From: an uncultured Myxococcales bacterium | GTDB lineage: Bacteria > Myxococcota > UBA4151 | DNA length: 64,000 nucleotides | Direction: 5' to 3' | Assembly: GCA_964013405.1 (NCBI GenBank) | Contig: CAXGWI010000004.1 | Span: 14,101 to 78,100 of the forward strand | Shown: positions 25,080 through 35,200 of the stretch, piece by piece | Layout of the letters: each line of letters begins with the position of its first letter | Numbering within the stretch: the stretch's first letter is position 1 | Program-made: the position numbers and the translations under genes | The notes under the pieces: generated by a model | Told to the model about the DNA's origin: nothing | The model's input: the letters and a program-made list of their open reading frames with translations, nothing else | Databases searched by the model: none

Positions 25080-27500
25080 ATGAGAGTTCTCCTCATTACA
25101 GTTGTTGCTGCCCTTGCTTTGGCCTGCCCGGAGCCCACCGTCATCCCCGACGGCGGCCCATCGCTGCCCGATGACGCAGCGGTGACGATCGATGCGGGCC
25201 CTTGTTCGGGGCGCTGCGATCAAGCCCAGGTTTGTCATGAGGCCAATTGTTGGTCGCCCTGCCCTTGCGAGGAAGGACAGTTTTGTGACGAGACGGCGAG
25301 CATTTGCCGAGAAGGCTGCCAGGGGGATGAGGACTGCCCTCTTACCCAGCGCTGCTCCGCTGGGCTGTGCGAACCGGGCTGTCGAGAGGATGCCCGTTGT
25401 CCTGCACCACAGATCTGTCACGAAGAAGCATGTAGAGCGCCTTTTTGTACACTCCGGACGGATTGTGAAACCGGCGAAGGCTGCCGGTCAGGACGCTGCG
25501 AGCAAGTCGGGCAAGACCGCTGCGAGGCCGATGGGGATTGCGGTCTCGATTGGACCTGCTCGTCCCACGGGCTGTGTTTTACGGGCGAATGCCTTGTTCA
25601 CGATGACTGCGAGGCTGCAGAGCGTTGTGTCGAGGGCGCATGTGTTCGGCGCCCACGGACGGAAGAGGGGATTCTCTTCGAGCGCCGCTTTCCGGCTTAT
25701 GCAGCCTCCCATAACAGCAGGCTACCCTTCGGTGAAACCACTGGATACGGCTTCGGAGGAGCCCTGCTCGATGTCGATGGCGACGGTGATCTCGACCTCT
25801 TTATGGGGAGTCGCATCCGTGCAGGAGGAGACGCTTCACCGGCCTGTATTTACGAAAATGTGTCGGTGCCGAGCCGACTGGACTTCCGACCATGGCCGGG
25901 GGGCTGCCCGATGGAGGATTCATTTCTCCATGCCGGGGTCGCATTGGATCTCGAAGGCGATGGTTTCGACGAACTGGTCGTCCTTGGTAACTACCGGGCC
26001 AGGCTGCTGCGATTTTTCCCTGAGCCAGCGGTCACGGACTTGATCACCCAACTGGATGAGGATGATCCTCGCCGCCGCTGTGTGGTGGGGGCCGGCTTGC
26101 CCCAGGATCTCAACATGGATGGGCGCATCGATTTGATGCTGGGCTGTCAGATCGGCGCCAACATGGGGGACTTGGTGCGTATGGTGAACATGACCTTTCT
26201 CCAGAACCCAGAGGGGCGCTTGGAGTTGGTGGAGCGCGAAGCGGTGGCGGCCTGGGCCGATCCGGGCTCGACCCTCGGCCTGGCTGGAATCGATGTGGAC
26301 TGGGACGGCATGGAAGACTTGGTCGTCCTCAACGACACCTTCTCGACCCATGGAGTGCCGGGGTCTCGAGAAGAAGGGCTTCAACCCACCATTCAGCACA
26401 TGCTCCCGGTACCGCTGCTATACCGCCGCTGTTCCCCCCTTGAAGCCTGCGACTACGAGCCATGGTCCTTCGGTGAGGGGGACCGCGCCTACGGCAGTTT
26501 CATGGGGCTTGGGGCGATTCACATCGAAGGGGAGGGAGAGCACTTCTACATCAGCGATTGGGGCTTCAATCGCCTGATGCGCTTCGGGCCAGACGGTACC
26601 TTCAGTGAAATCATTGGCTCCTTGGGGGGAGGCCTCTCCCATGCCGAAGACGTCCTGCTTTTCGCCTGGGGGGTTTTGGTCGACGATTTGAACCGGGACG
26701 GTCGAGACGACCTCCTCGTGAGTCAAGGGATGGTGCCAGATCCCCATTTAGAGCGTTTTCCTCTCCACTACGATGCGGCTCTATTGCAGCATGGAGGGGG
26801 CTTTGAGGTGCTGAGTGAGGAAGTGGGGCTTTCGGCCTCCGATCACCTCGACAGTCAAAACGAAGATCGAAGTTATGCCAGCCGGGCCATGGCCCGCGCG
26901 GACTTGGATGGTGATGGTTATCTCGACGTGGTTACCTTTGCCCTGGAAGGTAAGGTTCGTTTTCACGCCGAGGTGCCTCAGGCAGACGGGCTCACGCCCC
27001 GCTGCACGCTGATTCCCCGCCCTCGCTACGTTCCTGCCTATGGCACGGGTTACGCCCTCCAGGCCCAGGGCGGGACCGTTTGGCGGCGCCGGGACGTGCA
27101 GGGCCAGTCTCGCCTGGGCTCAAGTCCCCATATTCTCAACCCGGAGGGGCGGGGTACGCTCCGGTTTCCCAGTGGGTATCGAGCGGCTTTCGATTGCCAG
27201 GGGCGACCTGGCCCCTTTGAAGTGACCGAATCCGAGTGGATCCAATTGGTGACCCTCCAAGACGGGGAAGTCAGCATCAAGATTGCCGCCGACCAGGTTG
27301 CTGGAGAGCGGCTCTTGGTGGTCTTTGCGCCAGAACTTGATCCCGGGGACCGCCGCCAGGCCGATCTGGGGCTTGGTGCCTGCGATGTGGAGGAGGGCTG
27401 GTGCCTTTGGCAGACCCAGTTTGTGGCTGAAGAGCAACGCCTGATGTTGCGCCTGGGCTCCCGCTGGATTCCCCGCTGGTTTACGGCATCGGCACCCTGA
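25080..27500 (+). CDS. Cys-rich / FG-GAP propeller lipoprotein, RWF-tail family member 6 (divergent from members 1-5)
   Basis: ATG 25080 gives MRVLLITVVAALALA-CP. Same motif series, C-terminal RWIPRWF. The ORF-track start at 24564 overlaps member 5 and is unlikely. Confidence 0.8.
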   Translation: MRVLLITVVAALALACPEPTVIPDGGPSLPDDAAVTIDAGPCSGRCDQAQVCHEANCWSPCPCEEGQFCDETASICREGCQGDEDCPLTQRCSAGLCEPGCREDARCPAPQICHEEACRAPFCTLRTDCETGEGCRSGRCEQVGQDRCEADGDCGLDWTCSSHGLCFTGECLVHDDCEAAERCVEGACVRRPRTEEGILFERRFPAYAASHNSRLPFGETTGYGFGGALLDVDGDGDLDLFMGSRIRAGGDASPACIYENVSVPSRLDFRPWPGGCPMEDSFLHAGVALDLEGDGFDELVVLGNYRARLLRFFPEPAVTDLITQLDEDDPRRRCVVGAGLPQDLNMDGRIDLMLGCQIGANMGDLVRMVNMTFLQNPEGRLELVEREAVAAWADPGSTLGLAGIDVDWDGMEDLVVLNDTFSTHGVPGSREEGLQPTIQHMLPVPLLYRRCSPLEACDYEPWSFGEGDRAYGSFMGLGAIHIEGEGEHFYISDWGFNRLMRFGPDGTFSEIIGSLGGGLSHAEDVLLFAWGVLVDDLNRDGRDDLLVSQGMVPDPHLERFPLHYDAALLQHGGGFEVLSEEVGLSASDHLDSQNEDRSYASRAMARADLDGDGYLDVVTFALEGKVRFHAEVPQADGLTPRCTLIPRPRYVPAYGTGYALQAQGGTVWRRRDVQGQSRLGSSPHILNPEGRGTLRFPSGYRAAFDCQGRPGPFEVTESEWIQLVTLQDGEVSIKIAADQVAGERLLVVFAPELDPGDRRQADLGLGACDVEEGWCLWQTQFVAEEQRLMLRLGSRWIPRWFTASAP
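25520..25610 (+). repeat. 91-bp inverted repeat, right copy (inside member 6)
   Basis: Differs from the left copy only at 25544 (GGT vs GGC) and 25607 (GAC vs GAT); both changes are synonymous. Confidence 0.95.
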
Positions 27501-28434
27501 GCGAATAGCGAGGCAACTCACCTTCAAGAACACGGCGAAGGTCGCCCAGACACATCTCGGCCATCTGCCTGCGGGTTGCTTGGTCCGCGCTGCCTAGATG
27601 GGGCAGCAAGACCACGTCGTCTCGATGGATCAATGCGGGGTGGACTTCCGGTTCCCGAGCGTAGACGTCCAAGCCAGCACCGCCAAGGTGACCTCGTTCG
27701 AGGGCCTGGGCCAACGCGGCCTCATCGATGATCGGCCCCCGGGCCGTGTTGATGACGAGGGCCCCCGGGCGCAGGCGTGCCAGCGCGTCGCCATCGATCA
27801 GGCCCCTGGTGACCTCCGTGAGCGGGCAGTGAAGACTGAGTATATCGCTGCGCTCGAGAAGTTCATCTAAGCCGACAGCCTCATCGGGGGGATCCAGCAC
27901 CGGTGAGCGGGTGTGGAACAGGACCTTCAGGCCGAAGGCCCGGGCCCGTTGAGCCACTGCTCGGCCGATCCGACCATAGCCAATAATCCCCAAAACCCGC
28001 CCCTGCAGTTCCCGGCCCACCAGCAAGGTTGGAGACCAACCCTGGAAGCCTCCGCGTCGGACCAACCGGTCCCCTTCGACGAGGCGTCGACTGAGACCGA
28101 GGATGAGCGCCAGCGTCAGATCCGCCGTCGCGTCCGTCAGGACCCCAGGGGTGTGGGTCACGTGAATCGACCGTTCTCGGCAGGCGGCTAAATCGATGTT
28201 GTCGGTCCCCACCGCATGCTGAGCCACGATCTCAAGATCGGGGCAATGGGATAAGAGTTCCTCATCGATCGGGTCGGTGAGCATGGATAACAGCCCCCGG
28301 CATCCCTGCAATTCGTCGATGAGCTCGCGAGGCCGAAGGGGGCGGTCCAGACTGTTGATTCGATAGCTATGCGGGCCCAACACGCCTTCCGGTTCAATGC
28401 TAAGGCGCCGGGAGATAAAAACCTTCGCTGTCAT
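27481..28434 (-). CDS. D-2-hydroxyacid dehydrogenase (glyoxylate/hydroxypyruvate reductase, D-glycerate dehydrogenase-like)
   Basis: VGTDNID, TPGVLTDATAD, GYGRIG, HCPLT, INTARG, GLDVY..EP and PHLGSA. Confidence 0.92.
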   Translation of the reverse strand: MTAKVFISRRLSIEPEGVLGPHSYRINSLDRPLRPRELIDELQGCRGLLSMLTDPIDEELLSHCPDLEIVAQHAVGTDNIDLAACRERSIHVTHTPGVLTDATADLTLALILGLSRRLVEGDRLVRRGGFQGWSPTLLVGRELQGRVLGIIGYGRIGRAVAQRARAFGLKVLFHTRSPVLDPPDEAVGLDELLERSDILSLHCPLTEVTRGLIDGDALARLRPGALVINTARGPIIDEAALAQALERGHLGGAGLDVYAREPEVHPALIHRDDVVLLPHLGSADQATRRQMAEMCLGDLRRVLEGELPRYSLRVPMP

Positions 28435-28443
28435 CGGCTCCGG

Positions 28444-30099
28444 TCAGCCCTGCTGTCCGAGCCAGGTGATCAGTCGGTCGACAACGGGCTTTCCTTCCCG
28501 GTCGGCGTGGGCGTTGCCGAGCAGATCCGCATCACCACTGGCAAAAACCCCTGGCCCGGTGACCAGAATTGGAATCTCGCCCTGGGGCAAACCTTCCGTC
28601 TTGGGGAAAGGCGTTCGCAGTTTGACCACTTGGTTGCCCTGGCCGAAGGCTTTCTTGCCCGGTGTTCCGGTCGGTGGTGTCGGGTTTAAGCAAACCCACG
28701 CACCCGGATAGGTTGAGCCGACGACGGTGAGTTTCTTTTGCTCACTGAGCAGTTGAATGGGGGCCGCCCGATAGTACGAGTACGAGTTGTTGGGAATGTT
28801 GGCCAAGCCGATCTGGCGATTCCCCCCCTCTGCAGCCACCATGGTCTGTCCAAAGGCGATCCCTCGGTCGAGTCCGAGATCGTTCAAGGTCGAAGGGTAG
28901 TCTTTGGGGTCGTACTTGACCTTTTCGTCCAGGGTCTTGCGAATCTGGGCAACCACCTCTTTGGGCATGACTTGGAGCATCATATCGAAGTCCTTCATCA
29001 TGTCCGTCATCGGATCCGAACTACCCTCAGCCAATAAGACGAGACGAGGTACCTTTTTGAGAAGTTCCAGGTTCTTCGCATTTCTCAATGGTGCGGCGAC
29101 CACGACGGCTTTGTATCGAGTGGGGTCTCCGCTCAAGACACCCTGTTCCACCCCATAACCCACTTCATTTAGAACGTCGGCCAAGCGATCGAGACCGCTG
29201 AGGCTTCCATCAGCCCGCAGCCCACCGCTGCCTGTTTCGATGAAGACGGTCCCTTGAGCACCCGTCTCGTGAATGACGCTCTTTAAAGGGCGCGGTTGAC
29301 CGGCTTGATCGATCTGGCGCCCCGCGAGCAATCGGAAGAGTTTGAGGACAAAGTCCTTATTGTTTCCCAGGCTCATGCCCGTTGGACGACTCATGTTCCA
29401 AAACATCTCCGCATCGGCCACCACGGCAACCGGGCCTAGGCCTGCGGTCTCGGACAAGGCGGCAACCACATCAGTCGATGCGCGGAAGGGTTGGTCGACC
29501 TTGAGCAGGGGTTGGGCGTCTTTTGAGAGCTTAAGGGGGGCGGCCGTCATTGGGCGGACATTCTGCACCCCCAAGCGATTGCTGTGAGAGAAAGGCCACT
29601 GAATCTCGTCGAGGCGACGACCTTTGCCGTCGGCGGTGGTGGCTCGGATTTTAATGCCCCAGGCCTCGGTCAGCGCGTTGTGCATATCGGCATGGCGGAA
29701 GAAATTATCATGCTCGGCGATCACCAAGACACCACCGCCTGATTTACGAAAGCCGCGGATCGCCTCTAGGTCCTCTGGCTCGTATTTACGCTCGAGCGCT
29801 GGCCCTAAGACGAGGATGTTACCGGGTCCTGACACATTCCGAGTAAGGGATGTGAGGTCGCGGAAGTTGACGGAGACCAGGGCACCCTCGTCACGTAGTG
29901 CATCGGTTAACTGGCTCATACCGGCGAAGTAAGCGTCAAAGGGGCTGTAAATTTGTTCCTTCGATAAATCGAAGATCACATGAAAGTTTGTGTTTGGCGC
30001 TGGGCGCTCACCTTCGTCTTTCGGCTGTGTGTCTGTCGATTTACTTTGAGTGCAAGCGACGAGCATGACGGCAAGGGTCAGGGCGAGCGTGCGTTTCAT
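28444..30099 (-). CDS. Lipoprotein with probable tandem GldG/IFT52 (GIFT, DUF4350-like) class I GATase-fold domains
   Basis: Lipobox MLVA-C. First domain VIFDLSKEQ..GMSQLTDALRDEG, F.KSGGGVLVIAEH, VAVVAD..MF.N; second, degenerate copy VFIETG..GLDRLADVLNEVG. Confidence 0.55.
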   Translation of the reverse strand: MKRTLALTLAVMLVACTQSKSTDTQPKDEGERPAPNTNFHVIFDLSKEQIYSPFDAYFAGMSQLTDALRDEGALVSVNFRDLTSLTRNVSGPGNILVLGPALERKYEPEDLEAIRGFRKSGGGVLVIAEHDNFFRHADMHNALTEAWGIKIRATTADGKGRRLDEIQWPFSHSNRLGVQNVRPMTAAPLKLSKDAQPLLKVDQPFRASTDVVAALSETAGLGPVAVVADAEMFWNMSRPTGMSLGNNKDFVLKLFRLLAGRQIDQAGQPRPLKSVIHETGAQGTVFIETGSGGLRADGSLSGLDRLADVLNEVGYGVEQGVLSGDPTRYKAVVVAAPLRNAKNLELLKKVPRLVLLAEGSSDPMTDMMKDFDMMLQVMPKEVVAQIRKTLDEKVKYDPKDYPSTLNDLGLDRGIAFGQTMVAAEGGNRQIGLANIPNNSYSYYRAAPIQLLSEQKKLTVVGSTYPGAWVCLNPTPPTGTPGKKAFGQGNQVVKLRTPFPKTEGLPQGEIPILVTGPGVFASGDADLLGNAHADREGKPVVDRLITWLGQQG

Positions 30100-30224
30100 C
30101 GAGGTCTCCAGGCACCGTTGAACACCGAGACTCTATGCCCATACGGGGCAAAGGCAAACCACCGTGGCGACTGTCCCTTGGTCAACGGCCCATTTTCGGG
30201 CAATGCGCTCACGGGAGCGAAGGG

Positions 30225-31454
30225 ATGTCGGGTAGCTTTCGTGCTGTGCCGCGCACAGGTGTCATCTTTGTGAGTTCCGAGGCCTCGAAACGAGGCTTCT
30301 ACCGTGGGGCACCCGATTGGTGCAATCTGGGCCAAGGGCAACCCGAGACCGGCCCGTTGGGTGTTGGCGATGTCCGGATCGACTCCATCGCCATCGATGA
30401 AGCCGATCACGAGTATGCACCGGTTGCCGGCCTGCAGGCCCTGCGTGCCGCTGTGGCAAATCTCTATAACCACCGGTATCGGCGGGGGAAGAAGAGCCAG
30501 TACGGACCGGAGAACGTCGCGATTTCCGGTGGCGGTCGGGCCGGGCTGACGCGGGCAGCCGCGGCGCTGGGCCGGATCAATTTGGGTCATTTTCTCCCCG
30601 ATTACACAGCTTATGAGGAGTTGCTGGAGATCTTCGGTCGATTTAGCTCCATTCCCATCCTCCTCGAAGCGGAACAGAATTACGATTTTGGTATTCCCGC
30701 GCTGCGGCGAGAGATTTTGGGGCGCGGCCTCGGTGGCTTGTTGCTGTCCAACCCCTGTAACCCTACGGGAAAGATGATCCATGGCGATGAACTCGCGGCT
30801 TGGGTGGAGACGGCCCGGACCTTAGACTGCGCTTTGTTGGTCGACGAGTTCTACTCCAACTACACCTGGGCCTGCGAAGGGCCTGTGAGTGCCGCTGCCT
30901 TTGTCGACGATGTGAACGAAGATCCGGTGATCTTGGTGGATGGCTTGACGAAGAACTGGCGATATCCTGGCTGGCGCATCAGTTGGACCGTGGGGCCCCA
31001 GTCGGTGATCGAGGCGATTACCAGTGCCGGGAGTTTCCTCGATGGCGGTGCGAACCGTCCCTTGCAACGGGCCGCCCTAAGCCTACTGGAGCCGGCCCGG
31101 GCTGAGGGGGAGCGGGAACGGATCCGAAGCTGCTTTTTGGGGAAACGACAACGCATGATCGACGGCTTGCGGCGACTCGGGGTGAAGGTGGGACTCGAGC
31201 CGGAGGGGACCTTTTACGTCTGGGGCGATTTGAGCGAGATGCCCGAAGGGCTGCGAGAGGGCATGGCCTTCTTTCAAGCCTGTCTCGACGAAAAAGTGAT
31301 CGTGGTTCCGGGGGAGTTCTTTGACGTGAACCCAGGCAAGCGACGGCCTGGGCGGCACTCTCGGTTTCGGAATCAGGTTCGTTTCTCTTTTGGACCCGAG
31401 CTGTCGGTGATCGATGAAGGACTGCTTCGCATGGAGCGGCTACTGAGTCGCTAG
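30225..31454 (+). CDS. Pyridoxal-phosphate-dependent aminotransferase, class I/II
   Basis: NLGQGQPE, SNPCNPTG, VDEFY, DGLTKNWRYPGWRISW (PLP lysine), GTFYVW and VRFSF. Confidence 0.92.
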   Translation: MSGSFRAVPRTGVIFVSSEASKRGFYRGAPDWCNLGQGQPETGPLGVGDVRIDSIAIDEADHEYAPVAGLQALRAAVANLYNHRYRRGKKSQYGPENVAISGGGRAGLTRAAAALGRINLGHFLPDYTAYEELLEIFGRFSSIPILLEAEQNYDFGIPALRREILGRGLGGLLLSNPCNPTGKMIHGDELAAWVETARTLDCALLVDEFYSNYTWACEGPVSAAAFVDDVNEDPVILVDGLTKNWRYPGWRISWTVGPQSVIEAITSAGSFLDGGANRPLQRAALSLLEPARAEGERERIRSCFLGKRQRMIDGLRRLGVKVGLEPEGTFYVWGDLSEMPEGLREGMAFFQACLDEKVIVVPGEFFDVNPGKRRPGRHSRFRNQVRFSFGPELSVIDEGLLRMERLLSR

Positions 31455-32131
31455 GGCCCGGATCCTTCGATGATCACGACTTGCCCGCCCTCGGCCCGCC
31501 ACTCGGCGATGCCGGCCCCCAGGTGTCTGACGTCGAGTCCCTGGTTGATCAAGAGATCCACCGCCTCCAAGGCGCTGAGGCAGTAGGGGCCACGACAGTA
31601 GGCGACCACCTGCCGGTCCCTGGGCAACTCGACGAAACGCTGGTCGAGCTCCCGCAGGGGAATCGAGATGGCCCCCGGGAGGTGCCCGGCCGAAAATTCA
31701 TCCCGACTCCGGACATCGAGAAGAACAAATTCACCCCTGACCACGCCGTGAACGAAGCGCTGTCTGTTGCGCCGCCAGGCCTCGGAGCGCATGTGGGCCA
31801 TGCGCTCTCGAGCCGGGGTCAGTTCACTGAAGCGCTTCTCAGCGAGTCGATGAAGACTCACCATCAAATGGGAGACAGCGGCATCGGAGAGGCGGTAATA
31901 GACGTAGAGGCCCCGTTTGTCGGATTCGACCAGTCGAGCTTGTCGAAGCACCTGAAGATGGCGGGAGGTGTTTGCGATGCTGCAGTCGATCAGGCCCGCT
32001 AAACCCTCAACCGTTCGCGGCCCTTGGGACAAAACATCGAGGAGTTCCAAACGCTTTGGGCTGGCGAGGCTCTTCCCGATGCGAGCAAACTGCTCGTAGA
32101 GGCCATCCCGAAATGCTCGCTTTTCGCTCAT
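31451..32131 (-). CDS. ArsR/SmtB-family regulator fused to a rhodanese domain
   Basis: LASPKRLELLDVL..GPRTVE, NTSRHLQVL..ARLV and LDVRS.DEF..GHLPGAISIP; active-site loop YCRGPYC. Confidence 0.92.
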   Translation of the reverse strand: MSEKRAFRDGLYEQFARIGKSLASPKRLELLDVLSQGPRTVEGLAGLIDCSIANTSRHLQVLRQARLVESDKRGLYVYYRLSDAAVSHLMVSLHRLAEKRFSELTPARERMAHMRSEAWRRNRQRFVHGVVRGEFVLLDVRSRDEFSAGHLPGAISIPLRELDQRFVELPRDRQVVAYCRGPYCLSALEAVDLLINQGLDVRHLGAGIAEWRAEGGQVVIIEGSGP

Positions 32132-32145
32132 CGCTCCGAATTCAC

Positions 32146-32167
32146 TAATCAATCATTCGGTTGAATA
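32146..32167. promoter_or_regulatory. Putative ArsR-family operator (7-8-7 inverted repeat)
   Basis: TAATCAA-TCATTCGG-TTGAATA (one mismatch), an AT-rich patch 15 bp upstream of the ArsR start. Confidence 0.5.
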
Positions 32168-32256
32168 GGCTGTCTTGTCCCGCCCGTCAAATGGTCAGCA
32201 GCGACCCCCTTGTCAGACCCCCCCATTAGACCGGATGAGGTCAGACGGGGGCGGTT

Positions 32257-35200
32257 GTGATCCACCTGATTTCCAGTAACCGGATGGATGTTCTGCGGCA
32301 GACGCTGGTGGAACTGCTCCGGGAGCCCGTGGGGGGGCCACTGGATCACGAGCTCGTCATCGTGCCGAATCGTGGTCTTGGGCGTTGGTTGGAGATGGGC
32401 CTGGCCGCGGACCAAGGGATCTGTGCCCAGACTCGTCTGGCCTTCCCCCGTCGCTTGATCTGCCAGATCCTCGACAGTGCGCTGGGGCCAGACCGGGCCC
32501 AGGATGCCTATCAGCCGGAGGCGATGGCCTGGGCCCTCTACGGGCTGATTCCCCGCTGGTTGGCCCAGGGGCGTGGGGATGAGTTGGCCGATTACTGGCA
32601 GGCTAACCCTTCCCCGGCGAGTCGCTTCGCCCTGTGTCGGGAGCTGGCTCGCATCTACGATCTAGCCATCATCTATCGGCCGCAGAACGTCGTGAAATGG
32701 GGACAAGCCCCCCAGGATTGGCCCGAGGATCTCTTTGGCGCCCTGGCCCGGCAACTGGGGCCAGAAGCGCACCTCGCTGCCCGCATTCAACACTATCTCA
32801 ACGGTGGGTATGAGGCCCGCTTGCCCCAGCGTTTATCGTTGTTTGGTCTAGGCTGTCTCCCGCCGGCCTTCATCGGCCTCATCCACGAGGCAGCCCGGCG
32901 CCAAGGCTGCTTCGTTTACCAATTTCAGTTGAACCCAAGTTCGGGGCTCTTTGTCGATGCGACGACGGCCCGTCAGCAGCACCATCTGCTCCACGGCGAG
33001 GGTTTACTCGAAGCGGAGGCGCACCTCACCACAGTGCATCCCTTGTTGGCCAGTTGGGGCGGACTTGCCCGGGCCCAGCAGCGCCAACAGATCGCACTGT
33101 CCTTCGATGATGAGCGGCCGTTGTATTATCCGGCCGAGGGTGAAGGCACGCTGCCTCGTTTGCAGCGGGACCTTTGTGATCTCGTCGACCGATTTGAAAG
33201 GCCGAGGGGCCAGCCGCCAAGGGCCGGGGACCATAGTCTTCGGATCCACCGTTGTCACGGTGCGCTACGGGAGGTTGAGGTCCTCAAGGATCAGATCCTC
33301 GACCTCCTTGAACGGCAGGCCGACCTTGAGCCTCAGGATATCGCGGTGCTGTCCACGGACCCGAAGACCTATGGCCCACTCATCCAGGCGGTTTTTGCCC
33401 CAGAACTCTTCGTGTCTACGGCCGATCTCAGCCAGGCCGATGGAGACGATCTGGCCCAGGCCGTGGGCCAGGCCCTTGAGGTGGCCCAGGGAGGCTTGGA
33501 ACTCGATTCGGTTGTGGATTTACTGAACCTCGAGGTCTTGCAGCGACATTGGCGCTTGCAGGGTGGGCGTGTTGGAGATCTCGCCCAATTGCTCCAGCGG
33601 GCTGGGATCGAAGGGGCTCGGGACGGACTGCATCGGGCCCAGATGAGTCAGGCTGGTGGCGATGCGAGAACCTGGAAGGAAGGACTGGAGCGCTTGGCCT
33701 TGGGTCTGGCAATGCCCTCGGGCTTTGATCAGGTCGTCCAGGACCGACTCCCCGTCGACCCTGGGGGGCCTGAAGCTCTGGAGCAGGTGGTCGGCATTCT
33801 CGACGCCCTCTTCGAACTGCAGCGATGCCTGCAAACGGAAGGGACGGTGGTCGCAGGGATGGGGGCTCTGGAAGCGGCCCTGGTCGGACTCCTGGGCCCA
33901 AGGGTCGAGCGAGAGTTAGGTTCGAGCTTCGACCAACTCACCCAATCAGCCCAATGGGCCGGTGAAGTGTCTTTGCCCGTCCATTTATTGGCCCAGGGGC
34001 TCCAAGAGCTGCTGGACCAAGAGGCAGAGGGTGGTCAATTTCTTGCCGGCGGGGTGACCGTTAGCGGCCTGCAGCCTCTTCGGGCCGTGCCGTTTCAAGC
34101 CATCTATGTCCTCGGTCTTGGAGCCTCCGAACAACCTTTTCCCCGCCCGGCCCTTGGCGGCGACTTAAAGCAGCGGATCCTTGGCCCCTCGCGCCCCGGT
34201 GACCGAGACCGTCGGCAGGAGGATTTGGACCTCTTCCTGCAACTTCTTCTCAGTGCCCGCCGGGAGCTGGGCTTGTTTGTGAGTTCGGTTTCCGTCGACG
34301 ATGGGAGCGAGGCGCCGGTCAGCGTGGTCGTCGATCAACTGCTCGATTTGGTGGTTGCCGACGCTTGCGCGCCCGATGCGGGCATCGACGTCCAGGCATC
34401 GCGGGACGAGTTATGGCGCCATTGGGTGATCGACCACCCGTTACAGCCCTTCGACCCCCGGGCTTTCTCCCGACAGGAAACCGGCGGCAGCTTTGCCCAG
34501 ATCTATCGTCACGAAGCTCGCCAGAAGCCTTTTGGCTGGGCCGGCTGTTCAGCCCCCGAGGAGATCGACCTCACCCGATTGGCCTCCTGGTTCTATGATT
34601 CTTTGTCCGAGGCCTTAGACACCGACTTGGGTTTACGGTTGCGCCCATGGCTGCGGGCCAATCCAGAGCCAACCCAGCAGGCATTGCCGGCCCGGACTCG
34701 CCACCAACTCGTGCTTCGTTTGCTCGAGGACCCAGACAAGAACCAAGCCTGGCTCGAAGCCAGCGGCCAACTGACCCCCGGCCATTTAGGCCTGTTCCAG
34801 GCCGGTGAGGTACTCAAGCTGGTCGAAGCTTGTCCCGTGCCACCCATCCGACCCGGCCCACCACTGGTCGTGGATCTCTCGCTCGCGGGTCGTCAACTGG
34901 TTGGAAGACTCCCGGCAGAGGCTATGTGGATTGAGCCCCAGGCGAAGGGCCCAGCCTTTGGGGCCTGGCTGCAACACTTGGTTCGCCAGGTGATGGTTGG
35001 GCCGACCGAAACACGGGTTCTTTTTAACGCCAGCGGCAAAAGTCCCTGGAAGGAGTTAACGCTGCCCGCCGCCGCGGCCGACGACGCCAGAGATCGCCTG
35101 GAGGCCCTTGTGAAGCTCTACTGTGAAGGCATGAAACAGGGTTGGGTCTTTGTCGGTGAGGTGGCCAGCGCGTTCGCGGCGGTCCGGGCCCAGGCGACGA

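Noticed and set aside
24436..25610. The 91-bp repeat as a diversity-generating retroelement TR/VR pair
   Set aside because: There is no reverse transcriptase in the window. The two mismatches are reciprocal synonymous C/T changes rather than adenine-specific changes from one template, and both copies are coding.
32304..32311. E. coli Chi sequence GCTGGTGG within recC (also near 33652 and 58786)
   Set aside because: A few copies are expected by chance in GC-rich coding DNA, and Chi is lineage-specific.
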